In this document: positions 13,020-26,580 of the stretch, piece by piece
Position numbering within the stretch: the stretch's first letter is position 1
Layout: every line of letters begins with the position of its first letter
NCBI RefSeq assembly: GCF_009914755.1
Contig: NC_060925.1
Length of the DNA stretch: 64,000 nucleotides
Direction: 5' to 3' (one strand)
DNA from: the human T2T-CHM13v2.0 reference genome, Homo sapiens
Notes under the pieces: generated by a model
The model's input: the letters and a program-made list of their open reading frames with translations, nothing else
The model's database searches: none
Told to the model about the DNA's origin: nothing
Translations under genes and position numbers: made by a program

Positions 13020-13450
13020 GTGGGGACAAAAGTGACTTCATCTTGGATGCTGATCTGCCGTGTTCACTTCTGATTAGCCTTAGTCCCAGGAATGGCTCTT
13101 GATTCCCACTTTACTTACTGTCTCCACAGTAAGAACATGTCAACCTTGATGTCATCAGACAAATTACAGGCAATGACGCACATAGCATCCTCGCCTGTTC
13201 CGGAGGGTCGCCTTTGATTGTCTTGCTAGAGCACATGTACCCTCTCCCTGTGGTCTATAAGCCTTGGGTCTGAGGAGTAACAGTGCGGAGATCTACCTGT
13301 CTTGTGGGTGCCCAAGACCACACTTTTGTCTGTACATTCCCTGAATCAATGACCCAGTACCAACAAACTGGATTTGTCTGCCCCCTTCTTTGGTGTCTCA
13401 GCTCCTTCAGCATTTGGGAGGTTTGCATGTATGTCTCTTTAATGGAAAAG
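13020..13450 (+). mobile_element. LTR47-like ERVL solo LTR
   Basis: ggacaaaagtgacttcatcttggatgctgatctgccgtgtt...gtaagaacatgtcaaccttgatg...caacaaactggatttgtctgcc matches the recalled LTR47 consensus. Confidence 0.8.
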
Positions 13451-13690
13451 CTAGAAAGGATCTTAGTGAATTCTGGCCTCGCTCTTTCATCGAAGGTAAA
13501 CAAAAGTGCAGAGAGAGAGACCTGCCTCAATGCCACAAAGTGGTAGAGTTAGTCAGGACTAAGCCTGTCTCCTGTTTCCCTGAAACCAGGGTTTTTTCCC
13601 TATGATACCATTCACCTTTATTTCATTAGACTGTTTATTGATTTCATATGTCCCAATCCTATTGACTTTTCATTATTCACATGTGGATAA

Positions 13691-14056
<366 letters not shown>

Positions 14057-14374
14057 CCTTTCCTTTCTGACCACAGGAAAGAAAAGTTCATTTTAATCAA
14101 AGTTTAAGCACAATGTAATCAGGAGAGCAAATCTATTGGATGAAAAGCAACAAGCCCAAAACACACTTCAACCACCCTCAACCTCAAATAACGAATTCTG
14201 TACTGCTTTGAAACAGCATGGAGAGACACCCCCCGCCCCACCCCGCCCCACCCTCAATTGGTGTGGATGATTGAGAGTTAACCACAAAGTTCACAGAAGC
14301 AGCTTTTCTTCTCTCTCTACTCCACTGTGGGCTTGGCCAATGAGCAATGTGGGTCCTGGGACGGTCCGAGAATA

Positions 14375-14535
14375 TTGCTATTCAAGTGGTCCATGACTTG
14401 AATAGCATAGTGAACCAGCAGCTTTGGCATCACCTGGGAGCTTGTTATAAAGGCAGAATCTCATGCCCCACCCAGATCTGTGGGATCATAATCTGCATTT
14501 TAACAAGATCCTTGTATGCACATTATTTTGAGCAA
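14375..14535. mobile_element. MER5A MITE
   Basis: ggcatcacctgggagcttgttataaaggcagaatctc...atctgcattttaacaagatcc. Confidence 0.8.
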
Positions 14536-15149
14536 CATGGCCGAGAACCCCGGCTGTCAAGTTCAGACCTGGCAGGCTGTACCCGCTTTTCAGCACTTAC
14601 TGGGCATCCACCTTGTGTGGCCTTTTTAGATGGCACCAAATAAATGAACATCCTGCCCTCATTGTTATCTTGTTGTTATTGACATACCTTTCCCACCTCA
14701 TCAGTTTCATTCCTCTGGGTGTGTCCCTGGTGCTGCTGAGACCCTCTCTGTCCACTAGAATTCCCACCATCTCACTGTTGCAGGGTCCTCCTGCCATGCA
14801 ACTATCCTCTGACTCACCCCATCCTGCTCCCTGTCTCTGGTCACGCTGCCTCCATGGGCAGCTCTGGTTTTCCCTACCTTCCTTAAGTTCCCCAGCAATC
14901 CTGCCATCCCTCAACCCCTTCTCTCTCAGCCATGGATGCTCTTGAGTAAGTGGAGGTTGTTGATGCTGAGTTCCCTATTTCCCCCTCCACTTCCTGTCCT
15001 CACCTCTCCAATCCTCCTCTCCCATCTCAGGGCCTCTCTCCTCTCAGGGCCCCATTTTAATGCTGCCTCATGATTCAGTCCCCCTCTGACTCACTCTGGA
15101 GCATATCCAGATCAGCTCCCTCTTTTGAGTACCTTCTCTCTCTCATTGT

Positions 15150-17850
15150 TATCCAGCTCCTTTTTTCCCCTGTCTTAAAACACATTTCGTCTTCCTTGTT
15201 CTAAAAAGTTGCATTGGCCTTAGTAACCCTTCATGCTACCAACCCACACATTTCTTTTTTCATATGTTGCCCAATTCTGGAAAGAGTCCCTTGCACTCCC
15301 CGCCTGCGCTTCCTGACTCCTACGCATCTCAGAATCCCTTGCAGTCCGGCAGATGTGCCTCTCCTTCTATTGAAACTGCTGATTGAAGGTCACCAATGAC
15401 GTCCCAGTTGCCAAATCTAATAGACTGACTTGTTTGTCCTGTTCCCCTTTGACCTCTCTGTAGTATGACATGACTAGTCTCCTGCTCCTCTTTGGCTTCC
15501 TGGCATGAGACCATCTTAGTTTTCCTCCTGTCTTGTGCACACGCCTGTCTCTCCTTTTTCTCTCCTCCTTTCTCACACCCCAAATACAGGTGTTCATGTG
15601 CCTTCTGCCCTTGTTTTCCTCTTGCTCTGTACTAAGAGTTGCTATTGGCAGCCTGTGGATCAGAGATGTCCTGCAAATTTGTTTTCATTTGACTCATTTA
15701 ATATTTTAGGAACCTGAAAACCCCACACAAAAATCTGGGTTTCAAGCTGCTTTTGAAAAAAACAAAACAAAACAGAACACAGGACCTGGAAATAGTGGAT
15801 TCGTATTCTTCAGGACAACAATCAGCTGGAGTGGGTAGCTGATTAACCCTTTAGATGGGGTGTCTGCCCTCAGATCACTTCCGTGACCACCACGCGCGTC
15901 TGTCTAGCACCACATGGTTTTGAGTGTGAGCCACTTGTGCTCCTGAGTAAGTGTGGGCTCTCCCCTAAGTGTGGGCCCTCCCCAGGGCTCATCTCCTCCA
16001 ACGCTGAAGCATCTATCATCGTTCATCTTCTAGCGGCTCCAAATCTATGCATCTTCTCCTGCTCTCTCTCTCTCTCTTGAATTCCAGGAATGTGCTTCTA
16101 ACCATCTTGGGCATCTTTACCTGGTTTTACTCATTGTACCTCAAACTCAGTCTTGGGGTTAGGAGTGCTTATGTATCACACTTACCCACCTCTCTGAGTT
16201 TTGAATCAATTGAGAACAGACATAAGAGTCTAGATGAGAGCCGAAGAACCATGTGGTATCCAGCCAGCTGCATGGAAGGGCATGGCAGGACTCCAGCACC
16301 TTCAAGTGTAGGAGAGAGAGAGTATTGAAGAGGGGTGGGCTGGCTTCAGGCTTGTGTTGCCAAGGAGGCAGTCTCTGGACCTGACCACATAAACCTACCA
16401 CATGCTTGCAGGAGTAGAGAAAGAGGATGCCTGCAGTTTAAGGGCAGGCAAGTCCAGGAGCAAGAGAAGCCAGGCCACAGGCTTCCTCCCTAATACTTCC
16501 CCAAGATGTGGAAAAGTTGGTGGAAATTCCTATTTTATGGGTTGAAGCAGGAATACAGAAAGAGGAAGAGAAGGGTTCAGGGTTCTCTCTTCCTTCAACC
16601 TGCCATCTACTCATTACAGTAGTACCCCCTTATCCATGGGGCATATGTTCTGAGATCCCTGGTGGAGATTCCTGAAGTTGCAGATAGTACCAAGCTGCGG
16701 TATATCCTATGTTTTTCCTATCCATACATATCTATGATAAAGTTTTACTTATAAATTAGGCATAGTAAGAGATTAACTTTATTAATTATCTTTATTATTA
16801 ATAACTAATAAAATAGAAAAATTATAACAACATACTGTGATAAAAGTTATATGAATACGGTCTCTCTCAAAGTGTCTTACTGTACTGTACTTACCTATTT
16901 TCAGATGTGGTTGATCACAGGTAATTTAAATAGTAGAAAGTGAGACTACCGATAAGGGGTATTGCTGAATTGCTTTACAGCATGTTCGTTCACCCATTTT
17001 AGTTAATTGAGACACTGTCTTCCATGTTACTTGGGATTTACACCACATCTCTTGTCTTTCTGTGGATTCTGTTTCCCGAGTGCTTCGTGAATTACAGCCC
17101 TCCTCCTCCAGGCCACTGCTGAAAGAGCTCAGACTCTCATTTCTTTGCCTGGACTATTACAGAGGCTTCCTAGTTTGTTTGCTTTTTGTTTTTCTTGGTC
17201 TTCGTTCAAGTCCTTAGGCCTCCTCCTCCATTCACCCTTCACATTGTTGGAATGATCTAAGCAAACCTTGATCATATATAATTTCCATACCCAGAAATCT
17301 CTGGATCCCAGTTTTGGAGAATAAGTGACCACTAAAGGACTTGGCATGGCTCCTAAGGTACTCTGTGACTTCCCCTAACATATCTTTTAACCTTATTGCA
17401 ATCTGCTTTTTTTCAAACACCCATTTTCTCAGCCAGCATTTATCAAGTATTTGCTATGTGCCAAGGAGGGTGCCAAGTGCTGGGAAGAGAGATGCATAAG
17501 TTACAGTTACTGCCCTGTGATTTGAGATCCTCATGCCATTACTGACACCACTTTATCACTTGGAATGTTCCTCTCTGTTGGCTAAAATGTTATCTTTACA
17601 TTTCAGCTCAAGTGTCGTCTCTTCTATGAAGCCTTTTCTATTCCACTAAAGAAATGATCTCTGCCCTCTCTATTTTACTGGATTTTTAAAAGCATCTTCT
17701 TCCTGCATAATGATATCTTGTGTACATGTTTTATCTCGCTTACCTGGCTGTAGTCTTCCTGAGGGCCAAGGATATATCTTTTTCAACCTTGAGTTCCCCA
17801 CACAGCCTGTGCAGTCCTAGTGCATTTGGGGCACTCCATAGATGAGTGTC
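15150..17850. mobile_element. Degraded L2 fragments (discontinuous)
   Basis: gaaactgctgattgaaggtcaccaatgac...ttgccaaatctaa; tttgcctggactattacagaggcttcctag; cagctcaagtgtcgtctcttctatgaagcctt. Confidence 0.6.
16617..16967 (+). mobile_element. Tigger3a/MER7-type TcMar MITE
   Basis: TA|CAGTAGTACCCCCTTATCC ... GATAAGGGGTATTGCTG terminal inverted repeats, ~350 bp, AT-rich core. Confidence 0.88.
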
Positions 17851-18123
17851 TTTAAAATTGCATCTCCTCTGAAGCAGAAAATGAAACAAACCCAGAGAAA
17901 AATGTTTTAACGCACATATAAATTAAACGCGATCCGAGGTATTACTAAAGATACCTGTACGGAGATGAATATGTCATAATTAATTAATAACACATTTGTG
18001 AGCCATCTACTATCCTTTTTGAAACAAAATGGTATTTAACATATTTAAATAATGTTTCTTCATCTCTTCCTTTTCATTCCTACTGCAACCAACTTAAGTT
18101 TTTAATCTTTCTCTCTCTCTCTC

Positions 18124-18283
18124 TTTTTTTTTTTTGGAGACAGGGTTTTTGTTCTGTTGCCCAAGCTGGAGTGTAGTCATGTGATTGTAGCTTACTGCAG
18201 TCTTGAGCTACTGGGCTCAAGTGATCCTCCCACTTCAGCCTCCTGAGTAGCTAGGATTATAGGCATGAGCCACCGTGCCTAGC
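18124..18283 (-). mobile_element. Alu right monomer (FRAM/AluJ-like)
   Basis: Poly-T then gagacaggg...ggcatgagccaccgtgcctagc; single arm. Confidence 0.9.
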
Positions 18284-18311
18284 TCTAACCATTTTACTTT
18301 TAAGAACCAGA

Positions 18312-18617
18312 GGGTGGGCGCAGTGGCTCACATCTGTAATCTCAGCACTTTGGGAGGCTGAGGTGGGTGGATTGCTTGCATCTAGGAGTTTGAGACCAGC
18401 CTGGGCAACATGGCAAAACCCTGCCTCTACAAAAAATACAAAAATTAGCCAGGTATGGTGGTACCCGCCTGTAGTCCCACCTACTCAGGAGGCTGAGGTG
18501 GGAGGATTGCTTGAGCACAGGAGATCAAGGCTGCAGTGAGCCTTGATCATGCCACTGCACTCCAGCTTGGGTGACAGAGCCAGACCCTGTCTCAAAAAAA
18601 AAAAAAAAAAAAAAAAA
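18312..18617 (+). mobile_element. AluJ
   Basis: Full dimer with A tail. TSD aagaaccag (18302-18310 / 18616-18624). Confidence 0.95.
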
Positions 18618-20602
18618 GAACCAGGAAGTTTTGTTGGCTTCTCTAAAGCCTCTTGCCAACTTTTGCCAATCCATTTATCACAACTCCAATAATTATTTCT
18701 GCTAACACTGCTGTGCATGCCACTCTCATGCTTAGGGGCCTTTGATGGTTCCTCACTGCCTGCTGCATCAGGTCCCAACTCCTTAGCCTGACCTTCATGG
18801 CTGTCCCCAAAGGCCCTTTCCCCAGGCTATTGCCCTGGTTCTCACTAGCTTCAAGCCCGGGCCAGCCGGGAACCTCCCCTCCATTCAGGTGCCATATCTT
18901 CCCTGGATGATAAAGGCTTGTCTAAAGTCCACTCACTTTCACGACATTGTTAATGACCATTTCAGCTGGGAATAGGTTCTTCTCTCACCTTTAGCAGTTG
19001 TTCCCAAACCTGGTTGCATATGCACAGCATTTAAAATACAAATCCCTGGGCCCCACCCTCTGGCAATTCTGAAGTAGAACTTGGGAATTTGCATTTTTAT
19101 TAATATCTACGAAGGGATTCTGATGTGCAATGGTTTTGGGAGCCAGTGACTCTTGGGACCCTACAAGCTGAAGGTCTTGTCCTGCTGTGTGTTGTGGGTA
19201 TTTATGTATCTTTTTGATCTCTCCTTCTGGATTGTACTCTTCCTAAAAGCAGGATTGCATTTGGATCACCTGGCAGGATATCTGGCTCTCAGCAATAGGA
19301 TAAATTACTCAACAAGTATTTATTCAATGAATGAATGAATGAATACATGCATGAGAGACTCCTTTGAAGAGGTGAGACTTGAAGGGTAGCAGGAACTTGT
19401 AATGTAGCCAGGAGTTGAAAGGAGGAAATTCAAGCAGAAAGAAGAGTGTCTAGTATCAATATTTTGTGCAAGATGCAGGTGATAATCAGACCCCTGGGGA
19501 CTCACTTTGAAATCTCTTTGCTTCCAGGGTTTAAAATATTCCTCATCAATTATTTCCAGTTTGGGAAGACGCTCATCATTTTAAGAATTTCCAATATCTG
19601 CCTTATTATGTGGTTGTTTCATTCTGGCTCTCTGATGATCAACTGGGTGTTTTTAAAATAGAATGTTTCAGCTCTTCCAGGATCTAGTCCCTGAGGTTGC
19701 TCTGGCAACCACCTTAAAAACTCCAGAGAGCATTATCCTAAGTTGCCAAATGTCTCAGATTTTCTGGCTGCCACACCATTTTTCAGTAGTGCCCTGACAA
19801 AAAGGTTAACATTAAATAATCTCAATTAATTAGCTCAATCTCCTAAAATCCTTTCAAAAAAGCCAAGCATGCTTAACATCCTTGTTGTTGAATGTTCCTT
19901 TCTTGACTGTACTGTTATTGAGCTCTGGATCTTCAGCAGCTGGTCAACCAGGTATCAAACACACACTGCCCAGGAGACCCGTTGCAGTCCAATAGTTTAT
20001 TGAAATCATAATCAATGCACCTGTAGCTTCCAGAAAGTGTCTTTGTTTTACTGAAAAGCCAACCAGAGAAAAAACATTTATCTGCTGAGATGTGTATGTG
20101 ATTTTGATTATCATGGCGAAGTCTTTGCACAGTTCCAGGTATTGTTATTGACACCTCAGCTCTCACCTTGCTTTGATGATTCAGTGTGCACATGATGTGT
20201 GCAGGTTCAGGGGTTTATTTCTGTAAGTCCACATGTGCTGCTGGTACCAGAGGTCAGGGCTGCAGTCCTGTTTGAGTCACTAAAAGGCAATATGACTTCA
20301 GGAAAGTTACTCTGAGTTCTCTGAGCTTCACTTTCCTACCTGTAAAGTAGGGATTATAAAAGCACCTACTTCATAGGTTGTTGCAAGGAATACATATGAT
20401 AATGTAATAAAACACCACAGTGGTTGGGGCTGAATAAACATTAGCCACTATTATTACCAAGCAGCTTATATACATATAGCCCAGTTTATTGGAAGAAAAG
20501 AGAAAAGCATAAGCTCTTTTCTACCAAGATGAAATCTGTTTATTTTAGTGTTAATACTTTAGCCTCACTGAGTTTTGCTCCTCTGGTTTCAGTGCAACTT
20601 TT

Positions 20603-20926
<324 letters not shown>

Positions 20927-22304
20927 TAATTGGTGTATAACATAGAGCATTAATATTGGCTATCTTTTAAGCAGCCTCTACAAGGCCTGCGCTCCCTGAA
21001 ATTAAAGCAGCCTTTAGTTGGAAGGTCCCAGACAAGATGACACTGTTAGCTCCTATTTTTCCGAGTTTTGTTTCAGAACAGTGTCACAAAAACATATTCC
21101 TTTGTAAGACCCCACCCCCACCACTCCTTAAACTCACTGAGAATCAGCTTGTTGGGACCAACTTCTCAGGTGCCACCAAGGGAAAATATGAAAGATAATG
21201 GGGAGTCGCCAGTGGTGGGAGCAGAGACGAGATGTGTGCTGGCTGTTTCCTTTGCTCTCTTCAAGGGAGCAAATATGCACATGGAGCCTCGCTTGTCATG
21301 GAGTGTCAGGAGCAGCTTCCTTTACACTTCCCAGTGTGTACAGAGGACATGTCCCATTGTGTGCCTTGCACACATTCCCTGTGCCGTGGTTTGAGGTGAT
21401 ATAAATTCTGCCAGGCCCAGGGCTCTGGTACTGTTAGGCCCTGAATAATGTCTGTTGAGTGTGGATGGATGGAATGAGCTGCCCATGATTGAAATTCCAG
21501 GGAGAAGTGATTAATCAGACCTCAGGGTCACTCCGTTCATCCACCAGTTGATTAAGTCATTATTGAACACCTACGCTAGGACCCATGACAGCCACATCCC
21601 AGAGAGCTGTTGGGGCTCCAGGAGAAGCACGGACTGTCCCCAGCTTATAAATGGTTGTTTGCATTCCACAACTTTGCCTGTAGGTTGATCATTTCAAATG
21701 AAAACCTAATGTTCAGTCTTCGGACTAATCCAGATTTCACCTTACGTAGTAAGGAACAGGATCAATATTTCTGCAGCTGTCCTCTCTCCACATAAAATTG
21801 TGCTCATCTAATAATGCCTTCTTGAAAACAACCAATCAACAAAAAACCCCTTGTTCACACGCGTCTCCCTAGTTCCTGCCCTCTTCCTGCCTGCTTTCCA
21901 CGGCCACACTTTTCTAAATGGTGTGTGAAGTGGCAGTGACTCAGCGTCACCAAATCCAGGGGGCATTTTTCATTCTGCGTGATATTCATCTTCCTTAGCA
22001 GTGTCTGGCAGCCATGTCTCCATCTTTAAACGTTCAGTCCTCCTGGCTTTCCTGACTCCGCACCCTCTGGTTTTCCCCTGTCCTGTGTCTTTGCTGGTCT
22101 TCAGCCTCCTTTTTCTGTGCTGCTTTCGCTACTCATTCCTTGAAGGTTGGTGACCGCAAGGACTGTGTCCCCCATCTTATCTCACTCTCCACTCTCCCAC
22201 CAGCCCAGGGTTTCATTTACCATTGATGTTTTCAGAACCTTCAAATTCCTCTTCTGAGAACCAGTCCTCAACATCCAACTGCCTTGGATGTTCTACAGGG
22301 ACTT

Positions 22305-22720
22305 TGTCTTAGTCTGTTTTGTGTTACTATCAAGGAATACCTGAAGTTGGACAATTTATAAAGAAAAAAGGTTTATTTGGCTCATGGTTCATCTGACCGA
22401 AAGGTTGGGCACCTGGTGAAAGCCTCAGGCTGCTTCCACTCGTGGCAGAAGGCAAATGGAAGCAGGTGTGTGCAGAGATCACACGGCGGGAGAGGAAATG
22501 AGAGGGTTGGGGAGGTGCCAGGCTCTTTATAATAACCAGCTCTCATGGGAACTAACAGAGTGGAGAATTCACTCATTCCTGCAAGGACAGCATCAAGCCA
22601 TTCATGAGGGATCCGCTCCCATGACCCAAACGCCTCCCATTAGGCCCCACTTCCCAGTACCGCCACATTGAGGATCAAATTTCAACATGAGATTTGGAGA
22701 GGTCAAACCTAACTACAGCA
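22305..22720 (-). mobile_element. MSTA/MSTB MaLR solo LTR
   Basis: tgtcttagtctgttttgtgttactatcaaggaatacc...catgagggatccgctcccatgacccaaac...catgagatttggag. Flanks gactt/cactt. Confidence 0.92.
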
Positions 22721-23912
22721 CACTTCACACAGTGGCCCATGCTGAGTTCTTTTCTTTCACCCCTAAAAATATTTCTCCTCCCAATGCTGCTGCTCATTCC
22801 AGTAAATCATTCACACTAATGTTCAAGATTTCTCAGAGTAATGCTCATACTCACCCTCTCATCCAATCAATTACTAAGTTCTGTAGATGGTACCTCCTAA
22901 GTATTTTTCAAATCCATCAATATGACTCCATCACATTCTGCCCCTAACTACCTGTCCTGACCATCACCATCTCTTGCCTGGAACACTACAAAGAAAGGTA
23001 GGGCCAAAGGATTACTCTTCTACTTCAGCTTTGATTATTATTCTTCAGAACAGTCTTCCTAGAATCCCAGACTCCAAACTCTCACCATATGTTTCTTCAT
23101 GCATAACATCAACATTCTCCTTCATAAAAACATGTGTTTTCTACACTAGCCTATAAGCCTATAACTTCACGCAGGCAAGGATGGTGTCTTACTTCTGTAT
23201 ACCCCACCACCACTACCACATAGGACCCAGTATATAATAAATGCTGAATGAGTGAATAAACACATGTCCTGCATTTTGCTTGGGAATCACAGAAATTATC
23301 TGTTACTTGCTGTGTCACTTGCTCCAAGAATGGGGGTTTTGGGGGCTGAGGGAGATGCATGGAGGACAAGATTCTTGGGATTAGCAGCAGGAATGGAAAT
23401 TTGGGGAAGGAATGGGGTACAGTATGGGGACCGTGGGGGTTTGGAAAGCAGGCTGATAACTTAGGGAATTTTGAGGCACCCAGGAGGGAACTGGGAGGCA
23501 CTGTGATGGAGAGGAGGGAACTGTGGGGTGAGGAGGAAAGTTCCCAAGTAGAGTCTGCCTTCCCCTCCCTCTCTTGCCCTCCTCTGCTATTGCTGTGGTC
23601 ACCTAGGGAGTGGGTGTAATGAGAAATGGAAATAAGAAAGGACGGGAAGTGCTGTCTTCTGGCAGTGATGCCGTAAAGCTCCTCATCAGGCCCCTTCAGA
23701 ACACCCACTTCTGCCACTGGAGAAAGGGGAGCCCTGCTAGGGTTCTGGAGTGGGGACATCAGGAGCTGCAGAGGGTTCTTTGCAATACCTAGGGACGGGT
23801 GACCTTTCCTTCCCTTCTCATAACACTGGCCAGCCTTTTCCTGCAGCTCTTCCTTCACCCCTTGCACCACGACAGTGGGGAGCAGTAGGAGGAAGCTCCA
23901 GTGAGGCATTTG

Positions 23913-23933
23913 GTGTGTGTGTCTGTGTGTGTG
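23913..23933 (+). repeat. (TG)n microsatellite, interrupted
   Basis: gtgtgtgtgtctgtgtgtgtg. Confidence 0.9.
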
Positions 23934-23944
23934 CATGCACACGC

Positions 23945-24294
23945 GTGCTTGGGCTGCTGCAATGAAAAGACCATAGATGGTGGCTTAACAGAAATTTATT
24001 CTCACAGTTCTGGAGGTTAAAACCTCAAGATCAGGGTGCCAGCATGACTGGGTTCTGATGAGGGCCCTCTTCCTGATCTGCAGATGGCCACCTTCTCACT
24101 GTATCCTCACATGGCAGAGAAGAGAAGCTTGCTCCTTAGTGTCTTTCCTTATGAGGGCACTAATCCCATTCATGAGGGCTCCACTCTGATGACCTAATTA
24201 CCTCCCAAAGACACCACCTCCTAATGCCATCACAATGGGGATTAGGACTTCAATATATGAATTTAGGGAAGGGCACAAACATTCAGTCCATAGC
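23945..24294 (-). mobile_element. MSTD/MLT1A-type MaLR solo LTR
   Basis: aaatttattctcacagttctggagg...gagggctccactctgatgacctaattacctccc...aacattcagtccatagca. Confidence 0.9.
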
Positions 24295-24794
24295 AGTGTG
24301 TATCCCAGCAAGGGCTAGTGTTGGCTGATCTGCCTCCCTCCTCCTTTGACCCTATTATGCTTATCCTTCTATTTTGCTTCTCCCTATATTCAGCCTTGGA
24401 TTATATAGTCACTTAGGTTTTCGGTTTATCTCTCCCGATCTATTGTAAGGTCTTTGCTGGGCCTCCTGCCATATTTAATCCAGGGCATTGGGTGCTCAAA
24501 GCCTGGAGAGTTGAGTTGAGTTTGAATTTCCATGGATTCTTCTTTGTCCACACCCTTTGTGACCAACTGTACTCACATGTAAGGGACCAGCCAGCGCTAG
24601 AGCTTCAGTCTGTGGATGTACAACAGAGAGATACACTGAGGCCAGACCTACTGAACCTGAGGCCTGCTAAATTAGTGTCGAGTCAACACCATTTCTTAGT
24701 TACTGGGATGGCTGTTATGGTTTTTCATATTCAGAAATCAGCTCAGTGATGGTGATAGCTATGCTTGTGTGGGGAACGACCAAAGGACCAATTT

Positions 24795-25430
24795 GTTTTC
24801 TCACTCAACAACAACAAAATTGCACCGTGTGCCAGCCACTGTTCTAGGAATTGGGGGTAAAGTCATGAAAAAGACAAGCTGCCCTATGGAACATTCAAGT
24901 GTGGGAAATAGACAATAAGCAAGTAAACAAACGCACAATAGGTACATTTTCAGATAATGATGCTGAGAGCCATGGAAAAATTAAAGTAAATAAGGAGGGA
25001 GACGATACTGGATTGGCAGGGAGGGCTCATCTGAGGAGGTGACCTTGAGTAGGTTCTTGAGTGATGAAGGCACTGCCATGCAAATATCTGAGGAGGAGCT
25101 CCCCAGTCAGGGGCTACAGCATGCGCTAAGCCTCTGAGGTGGGAACAGACATGCTGGGTTTGAGGAACAACGAAGGATCAAGTGTGGCTGGAGTGGAGTG
25201 AGCAGGGGAGTGAGTGGCGGGTTGTAGGGCCCAGGGGCACAGAGGCCAGATCATATGGGGCCTTAGAGACCATCGTAAGGAGTTTGGATTTCATTCTAGG
25301 AGGAGTGGGAAGACATTGGAGGGTTAAGCCAAAAAGAGACATGATCTAATTTATGTTTCAAAAAGATCACTTTGCCTACTGGTGAAAAATAGCTTAGGGT
25401 GGAGTGAAAGTGAGGGGACCAGTTAGGAGG
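24795..25430 (-). mobile_element. L2 fragment
   Basis: gtgtgccagccactgttctagg...catctgaggaggtgacctt...gtaaggagtttggatttcattct...aaaagatcactttg. Confidence 0.8.
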
Positions 25431-26339
25431 AGACGGGTGGCTCTGGTGGGAGGAGGCAGGGACGGGGGATGAGAGGAGGAGGAAGAGGTGACACTTCAGG
25501 AGAAAGGGGCAGTTCCTTCCTCCTGTGTGAAGCCTGTTCTTTGATGTGGGAGCAGAGGGTTTTCCTGGGACTCGTGGCAGTTTGTCATAGTGATTCTCAA
25601 GACTCAGAGATGGCCCCAGGTGTTTCCACCATTCTGCAGCGGGATCCCTCTCCATGTGTGCCTGCCAGGTCGCGTGTCTGCTCTGGTTTCCCCACTACCT
25701 GTAGCTCACAGGCTGTGGCTTTTGACCCCTTTGCCTACTCACCAGTGTGTGAGTGCTGGCTGCGGCATGGTCCAGTGTTCAGCTGTCGGTCTCTCCCATC
25801 AGCCTGGGGGTGCCTGGAACATTGTCACCAGGCTCATTGAACTCATCCTGGCACCTCCAGTGCCTGCCACAGTGTTTGACACCTCATAGTAGGCTCTTGA
25901 TGCGTATCTGTTAAGTGAATAAATGGAGAGTTTGCTGAGCACCTACTATGTGCCGGCCCCTGTGCTGATGGAACAATTTTATGGAGAGAGACCCACAAAG
26001 ACACACACAGACAAACCAATGGCACAGACACCTACACCTGCACAGCACTGACTTGAGAGGTGAGAAAAATCCTTCTTCAGGAGCATGGGGAGCTTTTATT
26101 ACTTAGGAGTGGTAATTGCTGACACACAAAATGGTCAGACTCCCCAGAACACATGGTGTTTCTGGGGATAAAAATTATTGGAGGAAGAGGATTTTTAAAA
26201 TTTGCAAGTACTAGAGAGTGAAAAGGAAGATCTATTGGTTTAATTTTCAAAGGAGTTTAATTGCTGCTTTTTAAAACTATATGGAGTATTTGAACTGAGA
26301 AGGACTGTAGAGATTGTAAGGTCAAATGTCTCCTCTTAC

Positions 26340-26580
26340 AGGTAATAGTTATTATTTATAAAGTGTTACTCTGTGCCAGAAACTATTTTAAGAGCTTCAC
26401 AGATATTAACTCATTTAATACTCATAACAGTCCTATGAATTAGATACTATTATTATTATCATTTTCATTTTGTAGATGGACAAACTGAGCCTATTGAGGT
26501 TAAATGGTTTACCGAAGTTTCTGTAGTTTCTTAATAGTCCAAGCTACAGCCCAAGTTTCTTGTTCCTTAATCTACTACTA
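26340..26580 (-). mobile_element. MIR SINE
   Basis: ctcatttaatactcataacagtcctatg...ttttgtagatggacaaactgag. Confidence 0.8.

Noticed and set aside
13132-13152. Possible p53 element in the LTR47-like LTR (GAACATGTCA)
   Set aside because: Only one imperfect half-site; the second half-site does not fit RRRCWWGYYY.
14718-14738. Possible REST/RE1 site gggtgtgtccctggtgctgct
   Set aside because: Only about 15/21 matches to the RE1 consensus, with mismatches in both half-sites.
23151-23942. Longest ORF in the track (263 aa, - strand)
   Set aside because: Starts in a CA/TG microsatellite, has P/S/L-rich low-complexity composition, ends in L2-like sequence, and shows no recognisable domain. Consistent with a chance ORF.
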